Below, in pieces: positions 49,978-58,607 of a stretch of 64,000 nt of DNA. Source of the stretch: Methanothrix sp. (GTDB lineage: Archaea; Halobacteriota; Methanosarcinia; Methanotrichales; Methanotrichaceae); contig OY821645.1 in NCBI GenBank assembly GCA_963682135.1, positions 864,001 through 928,000 on the forward strand, in the 5' to 3' direction. The notes under the pieces were generated by a model. The model saw only the letters and a program-made list of their open reading frames with translations, did not search any database and was not told the origin of the DNA. Positions within the stretch are counted from its first letter, which is position 1. Each line of letters begins with the position of its first letter. A program made the translations under genes and the position numbers.

Positions 49978-50223
49978 TTGTCTAATTCCAAGAGTCCGTT
50001 ACTTGCTGTGATATTGAACCTCATTATTGCCGGTTTGGGTCACGTCTATTTGGGGTACAACAAGCGAGGAATAGTCCTGTTCCTGCTCTCGGCGCTGATA
50101 GCAATCATCAGCTCGGGATTGGGCTGGATTGTGGGAGTCATCTTATGCTCTTACGATGCCTGGCAGCTTGCACAGCATCGGCCGGCTCCCTTCGACTTCC
50201 TGGAGAAATATATCGAAGAATAG
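49978..50223 (+). CDS. small TM2-like membrane protein
   Basis: KSPLLAVILNLIIAGLGHVYLG..KRG motif. Confidence 0.7.
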   Translation: MSNSKSPLLAVILNLIIAGLGHVYLGYNKRGIVLFLLSALIAIISSGLGWIVGVILCSYDAWQLAQHRPAPFDFLEKYIEE

Positions 50224-50284
50224 GTGATCGCCCAGTTATCCAAAGCATTGCAGTTATATGTCTTGAAGCACAAATTGAAATGGA

Positions 50285-51181
50285 ATGAAAAAGGCAGATG
50301 CAAAAGGGCCATCACAGCCACTCGCAGAAGTATTTGGCCACCTGGTTAATGATCAGACTAGCAAAGCTGTCAGGTATCGATCACTTCGGCTTTGTCCGTT
50401 TAATAATAAAGTTCCAAACTGCACCAAGGACAAAGCAAAGAATCCACTTGGTGTATGCAGTATCTATTATTGCAGCAGTCCGGTCATCACCTGCCCAATA
50501 AGATTTCGTGAAGAATGGATAATTACCGACGACGCTGCATCATTTTTCTTTGGAAAGGACGCAACGTGGAGTTCCTTGACAGAAGTCAGGCTGAATGATG
50601 CTAACGGCAAAACTGCTGGAAATATCGATGTTGTCCTTGTTGCTTATGACGATGCAGGAAAAGTTTACGATTTTGGTGCTCTTGAGATACAGGCAGTCTA
50701 TATTTCAGGCAACGTGCGCGAGCCATTTGAGTATTATATACAAGATCCATCAGGCCGCTCATCTATGGACTGGTCAGAAGAGCCCAATTATCCCAGGCCG
50801 GACTTTCTTTCTTCATCCCGCAAACGATTGGTTCCGCAGCTTCTTTTTAAAGGCGGCATTCTCCATAGCTGGGGAAAAAAGACCGCTGTGGCTCTGAGCA
50901 AGGATTTCTTTGACACTTTGCCTCCATTGGAGCACGTCAGCAAAAACGAGGCTGATATAGCCTGGCTGGTTTATGACTTGCAGCTTGTCGATTATTGCGG
51001 ACAAGAAAGGTATGCTCTTAAAAAAGTCGAAGAGGTTTATACACAATTTGAAACATCACTGAAATCAATTACTACACCATTGCCCGGAAAAATTGATGAT
51101 TTTCTAAAACGCCTTCAAAATAAGCTTGATGAGCAGCTTGAGACTGCACCTGTGAATAATACTATCGAAGGGGTTTTCTAA
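50285..51181 (+). CDS. NotI-family restriction endonuclease
   Basis: Cys4 pattern CPF..CTK..GVCS..CPIRF; EV.L..GNIDVVL..ALEIQ nuclease core; PRPD..SS.KRL.PQL..KG. Confidence 0.8.
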   Translation: MKKADAKGPSQPLAEVFGHLVNDQTSKAVRYRSLRLCPFNNKVPNCTKDKAKNPLGVCSIYYCSSPVITCPIRFREEWIITDDAASFFFGKDATWSSLTEVRLNDANGKTAGNIDVVLVAYDDAGKVYDFGALEIQAVYISGNVREPFEYYIQDPSGRSSMDWSEEPNYPRPDFLSSSRKRLVPQLLFKGGILHSWGKKTAVALSKDFFDTLPPLEHVSKNEADIAWLVYDLQLVDYCGQERYALKKVEEVYTQFETSLKSITTPLPGKIDDFLKRLQNKLDEQLETAPVNNTIEGVF

Positions 51182-52089
51182 TGACTGCGACCAGACAAGC
51201 GGTACTCTTCCCGGAATCAGAAAATTTCTTTGCTGCAAAACCGGTAAATGTGGCTTGCGTTCCCCTAAGAAGCCCTTTTCGCTATCCAGGAGGAAAGACC
51301 TGGTTTGTTCCTACATTTAGAGAATGGATGAACCAAAAGCATCCAAAACCAAAGGTGCTCATTGAACCATTTGCCGGCGGAGGGATCATCAGCCTCACGG
51401 CTCTATTCGAGAACCATGTCGATAGTGTGGTCATGGTTGAACTTGATGATGATGTAGCGGCGGTCTGGCAATCCGTGATTGGAGGGGATTTGCAATGGCT
51501 GGCAGATCGCATCATGTCTTTTTATTTGTCTCGCGAATCAGTGATTTCAGAGCTTTCCACATCGGCATTCGAGATCAAAGAACGGGCTTTTAAAACCATA
51601 TTGAAAAACCGAACATTCCACGGCGGTGTGCTGGCTAAGGGTTCAGGTCTAATCAAGTCTGGTGAGAACGGAAAAGGCATACGATCCCGATGGTATCCTA
51701 AAACATTAGCCAAGAGGCTTCTAAATCTGGAAAAGGTCTCTCACAGAATTGATTTTCGCTCAGAAGACGGTTTGAAAGTCATGCGAAGCTTTTCGGAAAG
51801 TGAGGATGCAGTATTCTTCATCGATCCCCCTTACACGGCGGGTGGAAAGAAAGCAGGGAAAAGGCTCTATAAATATTGCGATATCGATCATGAGGGATTA
51901 TTTACCATATGCGAGTCGCTGAAAGGAGATTTCTTGATGACCTATGATAATGCCGATGAGGTAAAAGAGATGGCTAAACGTCACGGATTTTCTATTCGCT
52001 TAATTCCCATGAAGAACACTCATCATGCACAAATGCAGGAGCTTGTCATTGGCAGAGACCTATCCTGGATGACCAATTGCAAGCTCTAA
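51181..52089 (+). CDS. Dam-like (alpha-group) DNA amino-methyltransferase
   Basis: SPFRYPGGK, EPFAGGG (motif I), FIDPPY (motif IV), TYD. Confidence 0.9.
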   Translation: MTATRQAVLFPESENFFAAKPVNVACVPLRSPFRYPGGKTWFVPTFREWMNQKHPKPKVLIEPFAGGGIISLTALFENHVDSVVMVELDDDVAAVWQSVIGGDLQWLADRIMSFYLSRESVISELSTSAFEIKERAFKTILKNRTFHGGVLAKGSGLIKSGENGKGIRSRWYPKTLAKRLLNLEKVSHRIDFRSEDGLKVMRSFSESEDAVFFIDPPYTAGGKKAGKRLYKYCDIDHEGLFTICESLKGDFLMTYDNADEVKEMAKRHGFSIRLIPMKNTHHAQMQELVIGRDLSWMTNCKL

Positions 52090-52127
52090 TAAACCAGAAG
52101 CTCGATTGCAGGATATGAAGAGTCATT

Positions 52128-53498
52128 ATGAGTGAAGACAATTTTGAGAATCCCGAGAATCCCCAAGACAACATCATTGATACAGCCAGGAAGATCATCA
52201 GCCTTGGACCTATCTGCGACAATTGCCTGGGCCGCCAGTTCGCCATGCTCTCCACCGGCCTTACCAATGCCGAACGTGGCCGCTCCCTCAAGACAGTGCT
52301 GGCCATGCAGGCTGCAGCTGACGAGGACGCAGCCCTGCTGGAAGTGCTGGCGCCATCCTTCCGATCGGCGCGCCTCAAGCTGGGCCGCAAGAATGAGGAG
52401 GATGCCCGCTGCACCGTTTGCCTGGGCGAGATGGCCGGCGCAAACCTGGACGCCTGGGCGGACAAAGCGGCTGCGGCCATCGCTGATCGGGAGATTGAGA
52501 CCCTGGTGGTGGGCACCAAGATGTCCGGCCTCCTGGCTGAGAATGAGGAGCTACTGCTGGCCGATGGCGGCAGCACCCACGCCGAGCCCTTCAAGTCGGA
52601 GCTGAATCGCGAGGTGGGAAAGAGGCTTTCCACGTTGACCGCAAAGACAGTTGATCTGAAGAACCCGGATGTGGTGGTTCACCTAAATTTGGAGAAAGGC
52701 GAGGTGGAGCTACAGGTCGCATCCCTCTTCATTCGGGGACGCTACCGAAAACTCGTCCGCGGCATCCCCCAAACACGCTGGCCCTGTCGCGAGTGTCGCG
52801 GTCGCGGCTGCCCGCGCTGCCAGGGCACCGGCAAAATGTATCAGGAGTCAGTGGATGAGCTGATCCGCCCCGCTGTGATGGAAGCGACCGCAGCGGAAGA
52901 CACCGTCTTTCACGGCGCAGGTCGCGAGGACATCGACGCCCGCATGATAGGCACCGGTCGCCCCTTCATAGTGGAGGCGGTGCGCCCTCTCATCAGGACA
53001 ATTGATCTGGCCGCGCTGGAGGCAGAGATCAATCGCCATGCGGCAGGCAAAGTCGAGGTACTGGGCCTCGCCAAGGCGCATTCTGCAATGGTTGAAAAGA
53101 TCAAAGAGGCCACATTTGAGAAGACCTACTCCGCCCTGGTTAGGCTGGGTGCAGAGGTTTCAGAAGAAAAGCTTAAATCTGTCCTGAAAGAATTGCAAGG
53201 GCCGATCGATCAGCGTACGCCAACTCGCGTGTCTCACCGAAGAGCTGATAAGGTCAGGGTGAGGAAAGTTCATAGCGCTGATCTACTGGAGGTTACGGGC
53301 AATTTGGCCCGCATAAATATAAGAGGCGACAGCGGTCTGTATATCAAGGAGTTGATCTCCGGAGACGGTGGCAGAACCCGCCCGAACCTCGCCGAAATCC
53401 TCAAAGTCGACGCGATCGTCGAAGAATTAGATGTAATAGATGTAGGTGGAGAATCAGATGGCACATCATCACGGAATGCGGAAGAAGTCCAGAGGTAA
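52128..53498 (+). CDS. pus10: tRNA pseudouridine(54/55) synthase Pus10
   Basis: CDNCLGR, GRYRKLVRGIPQTRW, GAGREDIDARM, GLYIKELISGD.GRT.P. Confidence 0.95.
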   Translation: MSEDNFENPENPQDNIIDTARKIISLGPICDNCLGRQFAMLSTGLTNAERGRSLKTVLAMQAAADEDAALLEVLAPSFRSARLKLGRKNEEDARCTVCLGEMAGANLDAWADKAAAAIADREIETLVVGTKMSGLLAENEELLLADGGSTHAEPFKSELNREVGKRLSTLTAKTVDLKNPDVVVHLNLEKGEVELQVASLFIRGRYRKLVRGIPQTRWPCRECRGRGCPRCQGTGKMYQESVDELIRPAVMEATAAEDTVFHGAGREDIDARMIGTGRPFIVEAVRPLIRTIDLAALEAEINRHAAGKVEVLGLAKAHSAMVEKIKEATFEKTYSALVRLGAEVSEEKLKSVLKELQGPIDQRTPTRVSHRRADKVRVRKVHSADLLEVTGNLARINIRGDSGLYIKELISGDGGRTRPNLAEILKVDAIVEELDVIDVGGESDGTSSRNAEEVQR

Positions 53499-53748
53499 GC
53501 TGAGCAGGACAGTCAGGGCTAAGGGCAAGTCCTCGGTAGTCAGGGCGATTCAGGAGTTCGAGACGGGCGCAATGGTTCATGTAATCATCGACCCCAGCAT
53601 ACACAAGGGTATGCCTCATCCGAGGTTTCACGGAAAGACGGGCGAGGTTGTAGGAACGAGAGGTAGAGCCTTTGTCCTGAAGGTCACTGATGGCGACGCT
53701 ACCAAGACATTGATCACTTTGCCAGAACATCTGACAGCACAAAAATAG
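53458..53748 (+). CDS. rpl21e: 50S ribosomal protein L21e
   Basis: IDPSIHKGMPHPRFHGKTG..PEHL. Confidence 0.96.
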   Translation: MAHHHGMRKKSRGKLSRTVRAKGKSSVVRAIQEFETGAMVHVIIDPSIHKGMPHPRFHGKTGEVVGTRGRAFVLKVTDGDATKTLITLPEHLTAQK

Positions 53749-54096
53749 ATGATTGTCAAAAGCGTATTGCAGGAGGATATCCTGACCATGGCGGAGGTCA
53801 GGGAGATCCTGGACCAGATCCGGCAAAAGCGTGCCGATGAAGCAGAAGAACTGGGTTACGAACTGCGCCGGGCTATCAGGCATGCCGATCTCTTTAGCAA
53901 GGGCACGGCAGAAGAAAGCCTAGCGATGGTAGCGGAGCTAATGAAGCTGGAAAAGATGAACAAGGTAATTGCCGTAAAGGTCGCCGACATCAGACCCGTC
54001 ACTAAGGACGAGTTGAGGGCGATTTATGCCAAGGAACGGTTCACTTTAAGCGAAGAAGAGCTCGATCGCATTTTAGAGATAGTATTCAGGGGGTAA
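53749..54096 (+). CDS. rpoF: RNA polymerase subunit F (Rpo4)
   Basis: ELGYE..A..H..KVADIRP..DELRAIYAKER; conserved position after rpl21e. Confidence 0.92.
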   Translation: MIVKSVLQEDILTMAEVREILDQIRQKRADEAEELGYELRRAIRHADLFSKGTAEESLAMVAELMKLEKMNKVIAVKVADIRPVTKDELRAIYAKERFTLSEEELDRILEIVFRG

Positions 54097-54102
54097 AGGC
54101 AG

Positions 54103-54684
54103 ATGCCTGAGGGGAGACCGCCGAAGAGAGAAGAGGTAGCTAGGATTCTCGATTACCTCCCCTATGGACGTACTCCAGACTCCAGGAGCTACCAAAAGCA
54201 ACCACTTATCCAGGCCGTAGGAGAAGCTAACTTCGTTCTCATGGAGATGACGCCCAAGGAAGGCGTAGTTCCAACTGCCGGGACTCGAGTCTATATTGGC
54301 AGCGGTAGCCGTGATGTCATTGATCATGTCAATCGCAGAATCGACTATTCGGAGCTCTCCAACAACGCTAAGCTTGAGCTTACTTATCAGATTGTCAGTA
54401 TAATCCTGGATAATGAGCCCCGATTCATTCGCTACTTCAATGAAGCCGGACCCATCACCACCCGTATGCATGCCTTGGAGCTGCTGCCCGGAATCGGCAA
54501 AAAGCTGATGTGGGCAGTGCTCAATGAGCGCAAGAAAGGAGCTTTCAAGAGCTTTGCCGATCTGATGGAGAGGGTGAAAGGGCTGCATAATCCCGAGAAA
54601 ATCATCTACAAGCGCGTCGAGGATGAGCTGATGGATGACAAGATCAAGTACCGCGTCTTTACCACAGCACCTCGCATGAGATGA
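54103..54684 (+). CDS. DUF655 putative RNA-binding protein
   Basis: ILDYLPYG, MHALELLPGIGKK HhH; synteny. Confidence 0.9.
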   Translation: MPEGRPPKREEVARILDYLPYGRTPDSRSYQKQPLIQAVGEANFVLMEMTPKEGVVPTAGTRVYIGSGSRDVIDHVNRRIDYSELSNNAKLELTYQIVSIILDNEPRFIRYFNEAGPITTRMHALELLPGIGKKLMWAVLNERKKGAFKSFADLMERVKGLHNPEKIIYKRVEDELMDDKIKYRVFTTAPRMR

Positions 54685-55418
54685 AGCTGGGGCAGCATTT
54701 TCTCATAGATCGCGAGGCGACTATTCGTATCGCAGGCTATGCCGAGATTGGACGGGAAGACGATGTGCTGGAGATTGGGCCGGGCCCGGGAAACCTTACC
54801 CAGGCTCTGGCCTATCGAGCCGGCCAGGTTTATGCGGTGGAGATAGATCCCGAACTGGCAGCGCGGCTCTCGGGCCGTTTTTCTAATGTTCAGGTGATAA
54901 ATGCAGATGCACAAAAGGTAGAGTTTCCCCATTACAATAAGATCGTCTCCAACCTTCCTTATCAGATCTCGTCCAAGATCACCTACCGATTGCTATCCCG
55001 GCCTTTTGATACGGCAGTTTTGATGTACCAGTGGGAGTTCGCGAGGCGCATGACGGCTGCCGCGGGCAGCGAGGAGTACGGCCGTCTGGCCATGACTGTG
55101 GGTTTCTTCTGCCGCATTGAAATCATGGAGAAGGTATCCAAGATGGCTTTTCGACCTGTGCCCCAGGTTGACTCGGCAGTTGTTCGGCTCAAGCCCCGAT
55201 TGGATCGTCCTAAGGTCGACCCGTTTGACTTCATGAGGCTGGCCGAGGGGCTCTTTAATAATAGACGCAAGAAGGTAAAGAAGGGGCTGGCGGCCCTGGG
55301 AGCAGGCCGACGGGCTCTGGCGAAGCTGGACGGAGCCATTTTGGAGAGAAGGCCGGAGGAGCTAACGCCGGATGAAGCGGCGAGCTTGGTAGGGGCTATA
55401 TCCAGGAAATCCGGTTAG
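54681..55418 (+). CDS. rsmA: 16S rRNA adenine dimethyltransferase
   Basis: LGQHFL, EIGPGPG, SNLPYQISS, F.PVPQVDS. Confidence 0.95.
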   Translation: MKLGQHFLIDREATIRIAGYAEIGREDDVLEIGPGPGNLTQALAYRAGQVYAVEIDPELAARLSGRFSNVQVINADAQKVEFPHYNKIVSNLPYQISSKITYRLLSRPFDTAVLMYQWEFARRMTAAAGSEEYGRLAMTVGFFCRIEIMEKVSKMAFRPVPQVDSAVVRLKPRLDRPKVDPFDFMRLAEGLFNNRRKKVKKGLAALGAGRRALAKLDGAILERRPEELTPDEAASLVGAISRKSG

Positions 55419-55425
55419 GGAACAA

Positions 55426-56598
55426 ATGAATAGAGATAAAATCAGCAAGAATATATTACTACTAGGATTTGTAAGCCTGCTTAACGACATCAGCAGCGAG
55501 ATCATTCAGCCTATTCTCCCGCTTTTTATCGCCTCTCTGGGAGGCAGCAGCCTGGCAGTAGGCCTCATAGGCGGCATAAGCGACGGCCTTCCCAGCCTGC
55601 TTAAAGTCCTGGCAGGATATGGGTCAGATCGACTGGGCAAGAGAAAGCCGCTTGTGGTAGCCGGTTATGCCCTCTCGGCGGTAGGCAAGCTCTTTTTGCC
55701 CGCGGCAGCTACCTGGCAGCAGGTTTTCCTGCTCAAGACCCTGGAAAGAAGCGGCAAAGGCGTGCGCTCCGCCCCCCGAGATGCCATGATCTCCGAGTCG
55801 GCCCAGGAGGGGCGACGGGGAAGGGGATTTGGGCTGCATAGAGCCATGGACTCCACAGGCGCGGTCGTGGGCTCGATACTGGCTTATCTTCTCTGGCAGG
55901 GAGGCATGAGCTACAGCTCTATCTTCATGGTGGCAGGAGTATTGTCCGTAGTGGCTCTGCTCCCCTTTTACCGTGTCAAGGAGAGCTTTCGCTCTCCGAA
56001 TTGTGAGGTCAGACTGAATCTGTCCGGGCTCTCGCCACAGCTGCGCCGCTTCCTGGCCGTTGCCAGCCTTTTCGCATTAGGCAACTTCAGCTACATGTTT
56101 TTCGTCCTGCGCGCCCAGGGGCTCTTTTCCGGGGCGGAAGCAGTGGCCGCGCCCCTCTTGCTTTATGCGCTCTTCAACCTTGTTTATGCCGCCCTGGCCA
56201 TGCCCGTTGGCATTTGGTCGGACCGGGTGGGAAGGAGAAAGGTCCTGGCCCTGGGATATGCCCTCTTTGCTCTCACCGCCCTGGGATTTGCGACTGTCAC
56301 CTCGTTAGCTGGCCTGATAGCTCTCTTTGCCCTCTACGGGCTGGTCTACGCACTGGTGGACGGCTCGGAGAGGGCGTTTGTATCCGACCTGAGCCCTGCC
56401 GGTCTGCGCGGCAGTTCTCTGGGACTTTATTACGGAGCCATAGGTGTGGCTTCCATCATTTCCAGCCTCGTGGCCGGTGCCCTCTGGGCCTGGTGGGGAG
56501 CAGAGGCGACGTTCCTCTTCGGGGCAGGAGCGGCAGGGCTGGGGGCGGTGGGGCTCATATGGGGAATGAAAAAGACGGAAGCTAAGGCTACGGCCTAA
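55426..56598 (+). CDS. MFS transporter
   Basis: GSDRLGKRK and WSDRVGRRK motifs; ~12 TMs. Confidence 0.9.
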   Translation: MNRDKISKNILLLGFVSLLNDISSEIIQPILPLFIASLGGSSLAVGLIGGISDGLPSLLKVLAGYGSDRLGKRKPLVVAGYALSAVGKLFLPAAATWQQVFLLKTLERSGKGVRSAPRDAMISESAQEGRRGRGFGLHRAMDSTGAVVGSILAYLLWQGGMSYSSIFMVAGVLSVVALLPFYRVKESFRSPNCEVRLNLSGLSPQLRRFLAVASLFALGNFSYMFFVLRAQGLFSGAEAVAAPLLLYALFNLVYAALAMPVGIWSDRVGRRKVLALGYALFALTALGFATVTSLAGLIALFALYGLVYALVDGSERAFVSDLSPAGLRGSSLGLYYGAIGVASIISSLVAGALWAWWGAEATFLFGAGAAGLGAVGLIWGMKKTEAKATA

Positions 56599-56645
56599 GA
56601 GCAGTACGAAAAAATATCGAGAAAAAATGCGATGAAGAATTCAAC

Positions 56646-57404
56646 TCAGCTCGAACAGGGACACCATCTCTCCAGGCCGAGCAGATATGCGACGCCTGCT
56701 GCTGTGCTCCCGTAAAACACTGTCCTGCTGTTGCAGTCGCGGGCCGCTTCCATCAGATCGTCAATGGTGCCGTTGGCAAATGTCGAGCCGGTCATCAGGA
56801 TGAGCGGGCAGCTTTCAAACATTTGCCCGGCCTGCATTCCATCCAGAACCCTCACATTGCAGCGAACTGATCCCGCCTCAGCCAGATCCGAGACCATAAC
56901 CCTTTCTGGACCGAGGGCCTGTACCAGGGCTTCCAGAAGCGCGGGCTGCAAACCTACCAGCCCTACCTTCTTTGCGCCCTGCTCCACTATCCATTCTGCC
57001 ATTGATGCTTTGCATCTCCCGGGCCCATCATCTCTGCAGTGAACCGTATGCTCGACCTTTCCCAGGTATCTGAGAGCGGCATTCATGGTTGCGATCAGCA
57101 CGGCCCGCTCGAAGAGTCCTCTGAGAGGCATCTCCAAGACATCACCCAGAGAGCCGCGAAAGCCTCCCTTTGCTGCGGTGAATGCCTGCCCAACTGCGCC
57201 CTTGTAAACGGCCTGCATGAGCACCTCTTTGCCCCGGAGGAGAGGAAAGTCATCCCTCCCGGTCTCTCCAATGGCCTCGACTACGCTGAGAGGACGACTT
57301 ATCACCAGCTCATCATGCAGATTCACAGATGCACAAACATTGATCTGCAACTTTAGCTCCGCAACAAAGCGGCTCTTTGCCTCTTGCAGCAGATCTCTTT
57401 TCAA
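56646..57404 (-). CDS. Rossmann-like DUF364-type protein
   Basis: TGSTFANGTID..FYGST; follows modA. Confidence 0.7.
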   Translation of the reverse strand: MKRDLLQEAKSRFVAELKLQINVCASVNLHDELVISRPLSVVEAIGETGRDDFPLLRGKEVLMQAVYKGAVGQAFTAAKGGFRGSLGDVLEMPLRGLFERAVLIATMNAALRYLGKVEHTVHCRDDGPGRCKASMAEWIVEQGAKKVGLVGLQPALLEALVQALGPERVMVSDLAEAGSVRCNVRVLDGMQAGQMFESCPLILMTGSTFANGTIDDLMEAARDCNSRTVFYGSTAAGVAYLLGLERWCPCSS

Positions 57405-57420
57405 TATCTCATCTCATGTT

Positions 57421-58224
57421 TTATTTCACCGGAACGAATCCGTATTTTTTCAGGATGGCCTGACCATCATCGGACATTATCACATCGATGAATGCCTGCG
57501 CCTCCTCTTTATGTTTTGACTGAGAGAGCACCCCCACCGGGAAATCTCCGATCACATTATATTTGTCGGGAATGAGAATCTTGGTGACCTTGCCCACCAT
57601 CTGGGGGCTGACATCGGATATGAAGGCAAATCCCGCATCTGCTTCACCCAGGGCGACTTTGGATACGACGCGATTTACAGTGGTCTCCTGGGAGACTACA
57701 TTGGCCAGAACAGACTCTTTGAAGGCAGGTCCATATTCCGGGTCAGCGGCGAGCTTATCCAGGACCTGAAGAGCATAATCCCCAGCAGGAAGCTCTTTAG
57801 TACCCATCAAGATCTTGATGCCGGGTACAGCCAGATCTTTGAGGCCCGTGATGTTGGCAGGATTGCCATTGGGCACTATTATGGCCACTTTGTTCCTGAC
57901 AAAGATCACAACGGTTTGATTATCGATAAAGCCTTCTGATTTCAAGGCGTTCATGTGCTTGAGGTTTGCTGACACCAGAACATCGGCATAAGCACCCTGC
58001 TCAATTTGGGCACGCAAAGCCGGCACGCCGTCGAAGTTGAATTTGACGCTCATGTTGCTGCTGTTCTCATAGATCTCGCCAATCTCACTCAATGCTCCCG
58101 TGAGCCCGGCACCGCAGTAAACGGTTAGATCTTGTTGCTCCTCGGCAAGGCCCGCAGATGCGATAAAAAGCAGGGCAAAGAGCAATGAAAGAGACATTAG
58201 ATAGGCTGCTTTATTGTTGGTCAT
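57421..58224 (-). CDS. modA: molybdate/tungstate ABC substrate-binding protein
   Basis: VYCGAGL, LRAQIEQGAYADV.VSAN, PAGDYA, GEADAGF..SD. Confidence 0.88.
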   Translation of the reverse strand: MTNNKAAYLMSLSLLFALLFIASAGLAEEQQDLTVYCGAGLTGALSEIGEIYENSSNMSVKFNFDGVPALRAQIEQGAYADVLVSANLKHMNALKSEGFIDNQTVVIFVRNKVAIIVPNGNPANITGLKDLAVPGIKILMGTKELPAGDYALQVLDKLAADPEYGPAFKESVLANVVSQETTVNRVVSKVALGEADAGFAFISDVSPQMVGKVTKILIPDKYNVIGDFPVGVLSQSKHKEEAQAFIDVIMSDDGQAILKKYGFVPVK

Positions 58225-58607
58225 TGGAATTTCCCACCGGACGAATTTTTGTACGTCCTTTCTTCTTCATAAACATATATGATTACTATTTTTGATTACG
58301 TTAACAGAAATGATTAATCTATTAATTCTTTGCGCTTTCATTTCCAGGATTTATCAGGTGGTAAAAGGCCGGAGACGTTCAATTTTGCCTCCGGCCTTCG
58401 GTCATGTCAGATGTCGGGGGATCCGACCGCAAAAGTCTGCTCCTTGAAGTGAAGTGCTTAATCTATACCGTCATTTAAGCCTCGACTCGACTCACCTCCA
58501 AGAGGCCGAAATGCCAACGGATTATAAGGAATTATTTGAGAAGATGGAGGCATTTATCGCAATCATGCAGAGGGATTGTGAAAGGGTGTGAGCCAGGGCA
58601 GGTGCGC

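Larger units (their letters stand above)
45133..52094. mobile_element. tyrosine-integrase genomic island inserted in the trmY 3' end
   Basis: TAAAC at 45128-45132 and 52090-52094; joining them restores trmY ...HCIVLLNQKLDCRI* 9 bp before pus10; contains integrase and R-M cargo. Confidence 0.75.

Noticed and set aside
53458-53498. 41-nt overlap of pus10 and rpl21e
   Set aside because: Ordinary tail overlap in a compact conserved operon
58360-58530. Moco riboswitch upstream of modA
   Set aside because: Lacks the GAAA-capped stem and the GCCUCC...GAAAGG consensus
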